Below, in pieces: positions 61,061-64,000 of a DNA stretch of 64,000 nt. Within the stretch, counting starts at the first letter, position 1, and every line of letters starts with the position of its first letter. The translations under genes and the position numbers were made by a program. Source of the stretch: a virus; IMG/VR virus record IMGVR_UViG_3300025770_000656. One strand, given 5' to 3'. Below the pieces are notes generated by a model, which worked only from the letters and a program-made list of their open reading frames with translations, did not search any database and was not told where the DNA came from.

Positions 61061-64000
61061 ATGGCTATTACGAGAATTAAAACAGATCAGATAACTGATT
61101 CTGCTGTTACTACAGGAAAAATTGCAGATGATGCGATCACAGCAGCAAAATTAGCTGATTCGATCACATATGGTAGTGACTTAACAATCTCTGGCAATTT
61201 AACAGTTAGCGGAACAACCGTTGCTGTTGCGACTACGAACACCAGGGTTGATGATGCCATAATCTCATTAGCCCAAGGTACTTCTGGTTCACCAAGTGAG
61301 GATGCAGGTATCCTTATCGACCGCGGTTCAAGCGACAACGTTGCATTTTTATGGGACGAGTCAGCTGACCAATTTATTTTAAACAACGTCGGATCAGAAG
61401 ACGGCGACACAGCAGGTAACGTCACCTTAGGTGCTTACCAAAACTTACAATTAGGTACACTTACTTTTGCCACTCTTAATGATGGCACGACCGCAATGAC
61501 ATCTACTACTGCAGAATTGAACTTAATTGATGGTTCAGGTGCTGGTACAATTGTTAACAGCAAGGCAGTAATTTACGGCTCAAGCGGTGAAGTTAATGCA
61601 ACTACACTACAAATTGGTGGTTCAAGCATTACATCAACAGCTGCTGAACTAAATCTTGTTGATGGTATAACCGCAGGTACAGCAGCAGCTAGTAAAGCAG
61701 TTATACTTGATGGTAGCAAAGATATTGCTGGCCTTAATGACGTTAGTGCAGCAGGTATTACACTTAGTGACTTAACTGACAACCGTGTTGTGATTGCTGG
61801 TACAAGTGGTATTCTTGAAGATGATGCCAACTTTACATTCGACGGTACTACATTTACCGTTGGTGGTGGTGATATTTCAGTATTCAGTGCAACTGTTGCT
61901 GGTGTTGGTAATTTTGACGGTGCATTAACCGTTGATGGATTACTAAGTGCTGATGGCGGCCTTAATACAAATGACGACTTTACAGTTGACACAGACGGTA
62001 ACGTTGTTGCTGTTGGATTAGTAACAACTGGTGTTATGGACTTTAACAACACTACAGAAGCAACAAGTGCCACAACTGGTGCTGTTCAAATAGCAGGTGG
62101 TGTTGGTATTGCTAAAGACCTTTGGGTTGGTATTGACCTTGACGTTGTTGGTGCTACTACACTTGACGGTGCAGTAACATTAGGCAACGCTTCCGGCGAT
62201 GCAGTTACAGTCACAGGTACAGCAACATTTACCCCAAGTGCAGACTTTGACGGTGGTTTCACTGTTGCAGGTTCACAAACAATTAACATGGGTGCAAACA
62301 GAGTACAAGCTGTTGCAGATCCAACCTCGGCTCAAGACAGTGCTACAAAAGCATATGTTGATAGTCAAGTTAGTTCAGGTTCAAGTTTAACAATTGCCGC
62401 TGATACAGGGTCAAACGACACTGTAACAGTTGGTACAGATACATTAACATTTTCTGGCACAAGTAACGAAGTTAACACCGCAGTTACTAACAATACTATT
62501 ACAATTGGTTTACCAGATGATGTTACAGTTGGCGGTGTACTTACAGTTACTGGTAACTTAGTTGTTAACGGTACTACAACTACACTTTCATCTACAAATA
62601 CAGTTGTTGAAGATACACTTATCGAACTCAACACAGGTGCAGGTTCAAATGCAAACGATATGGGAATTATCATGGAACGTGGTTCCACTGGTGATAACGC
62701 TATCTTTATGTGGGATGAAAGTGCAGACGGGTTCCAAGTTGGTACAACCACAGCCGTAGCAAGTGCAACAGGTAACATTAGTGTAACAGATGCTCCATTT
62801 GCAGCAGCCGCTATTACATCCAGTGGTGTTGTTACAGCAACTGGCTTTACTATTGGTAGTGCAGTTATTAACGAAGCAGAACTAGAGACAATTGACGGCA
62901 TTACTGCTGGCACGGCCGCAGCAAGTAAAGCAGTTGTACTTGGCGGTTTTAAAGATATTACAGGTATTGGTACTGTTGGCTGTGGAGCAGTGACATCGAC
63001 TGGTGTTGTTACTGGAACAGGGTTTACTATTGGTAGTGCAGTTATTAACGAAGCAGAACTAGAGACAATTGATGGTGTTACGGCAGGTACAGTAGCAGCA
63101 AGCAAGGCTGTCGTAGTTGATGCAAACAAAGACATTGCTAGTTTCCGTAATCTCGGCGCAACCGGAGAAACTACACTAGGAAGTGCTATTGTTAGTGATC
63201 TAACTGACAACCGTATTGTGATTGCTGGTACATCAGGCGCACTAGAAGACGATGCTAACTTCACATTCGACGGTACAACGTTTACTGTTGGTGGTGGTGA
63301 TAGTACTGTGTTTAGTGCTACAGTAGCTGGTGTTGGTAACTTTGATGGTGCATTAACAGTTGATGGACTTGCTAGTTTAGATGGTGGAATTAACACCAAT
63401 GACGACTTTACAGTTGACGTAGACGGTAACGTTGTTGCTGTTGGATTAGTAACAACTGGTGTCATGGACTTTAACAACACTACAACTACAACAAGTGCTA
63501 CAAGTGGTGCTGTTCAAGTTGCTGGTGGTGTTGGTGTTGCTGAAAACATTTATGCAGGTGGCACAATTACTGCTACTGGACAAATTCACGGCGATGCAAC
63601 TACGACTTCAACTAGTGTAACAACTGGTTCTGGCGTATTTGACGGTGGCTTAGGTGTTGCAGAAAACATCTTTGCAGGTGGGTTTATTAACACTGCTGAT
63701 GACCTTAGAATCTTAGCAGATAATAAGCAACTTGAAATTGGTGCTGGTACAGACTTTACTATCGGACACAATGCTACAGATACAACTATTGCCAACGCAA
63801 CTGGTATACTTGCTATTAATAGTGCAGGTGGAATCCGTATCAACGAAGACAGTGCTAACGTAGACGTTGTTATTGAATCCAATGATAACGCTACTATGTT
63901 TATGGTAGACGGTTCTGCTAACAATGTTGGTATTGGTGGAGCACCTAGTGCAAACGCCATACTTGATATTACAGGCACAGGTGCCATGATTATTCCAGTA
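61061..64000 (+). CDS. Long tail fibre protein (partial, 980 codons or more, not in the ORF track)
   Basis: Starts MAITRIKTDQITDSAVTTGK; the frame appears open to the window end. Gly/Thr/Ala-rich with repeated AELxxIDGxTAGTxAASKAV units. Confidence 0.8.
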   Translation, partial: MAITRIKTDQITDSAVTTGKIADDAITAAKLADSITYGSDLTISGNLTVSGTTVAVATTNTRVDDAIISLAQGTSGSPSEDAGILIDRGSSDNVAFLWDESADQFILNNVGSEDGDTAGNVTLGAYQNLQLGTLTFATLNDGTTAMTSTTAELNLIDGSGAGTIVNSKAVIYGSSGEVNATTLQIGGSSITSTAAELNLVDGITAGTAAASKAVILDGSKDIAGLNDVSAAGITLSDLTDNRVVIAGTSGILEDDANFTFDGTTFTVGGGDISVFSATVAGVGNFDGALTVDGLLSADGGLNTNDDFTVDTDGNVVAVGLVTTGVMDFNNTTEATSATTGAVQIAGGVGIAKDLWVGIDLDVVGATTLDGAVTLGNASGDAVTVTGTATFTPSADFDGGFTVAGSQTINMGANRVQAVADPTSAQDSATKAYVDSQVSSGSSLTIAADTGSNDTVTVGTDTLTFSGTSNEVNTAVTNNTITIGLPDDVTVGGVLTVTGNLVVNGTTTTLSSTNTVVEDTLIELNTGAGSNANDMGIIMERGSTGDNAIFMWDESADGFQVGTTTAVASATGNISVTDAPFAAAAITSSGVVTATGFTIGSAVINEAELETIDGITAGTAAASKAVVLGGFKDITGIGTVGCGAVTSTGVVTGTGFTIGSAVINEAELETIDGVTAGTVAASKAVVVDANKDIASFRNLGATGETTLGSAIVSDLTDNRIVIAGTSGALEDDANFTFDGTTFTVGGGDSTVFSATVAGVGNFDGALTVDGLASLDGGINTNDDFTVDVDGNVVAVGLVTTGVMDFNNTTTTTSATSGAVQVAGGVGVAENIYAGGTITATGQIHGDATTTSTSVTTGSGVFDGGLGVAENIFAGGFINTADDLRILADNKQLEIGAGTDFTIGHNATDTTIANATGILAINSAGGIRINEDSANVDVVIESNDNATMFMVDGSANNVGIGGAPSANAILDITGTGAMIIPV
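61764..63541 (+). repeat. 350-bp internal direct repeat (61764-62113 and 63192-63541)
   Basis: In-frame offset of 1428 nt; includes a 42-nt identical run at 61993 and 63421. Confidence 0.85.
62824..63177 (+). repeat. Tandem duplication with 177-bp period
   Basis: 50-nt identical run at 62846-62895 and 63023-63072; similarity weakens toward the end of each unit. Confidence 0.85.

Noticed and set aside
61764-63541. Diversity-generating retroelement template/variable repeat pair in the fibre gene
   Set aside because: Mismatches are mostly synonymous third-position changes rather than adenine-specific, both copies are coding, and no reverse transcriptase is present in the window.

Overview
This window is part of a large, AT-rich T4-superfamily (myovirus-like) phage genome, probably an uncultured aquatic lineage; no host can be assigned from the sequence. 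Bases 1-32.6 kb run almost entirely on the minus strand. They hold two glycosyltransferase-like paralogs, fibre proteins and a baseplate/tail block: a 4524-aa wedge-like protein, gp6, gp25, gp5, a hub-like protein, gp53-like and gp48/54-like genes. From 32.6 kb, mostly on the plus strand, come a gp55-like late sigma factor, gp47/gp46 with inserted SGNH and HNH genes, two radical SAM paralogs and a stand-alone GIY-YIG gene followed by a ~480-nt gene-free, highly base-paired region. Next are gp51/gp26-like genes (minus strand), a tape-measure-like gene and the head module (gp20, core proteins, gp21, gp22, gp23). The window ends in a long fibre/structural cluster interrupted by an antisense HtrA protease cassette. 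The best candidate for an undescribed system is the minimal GIY-YIG gene plus the large structured RNA at 40779-41261. Other notable signals are a synonymously diverged second copy of the gp46 3' end forming a chimeric mini-ORF between the radical SAM genes, and sigma70 promoters embedded in hairpins that appear to insulate sugar-enzyme genes inside late operons. Family assignments come from motif recognition by eye; no database searches or folding programs were run.
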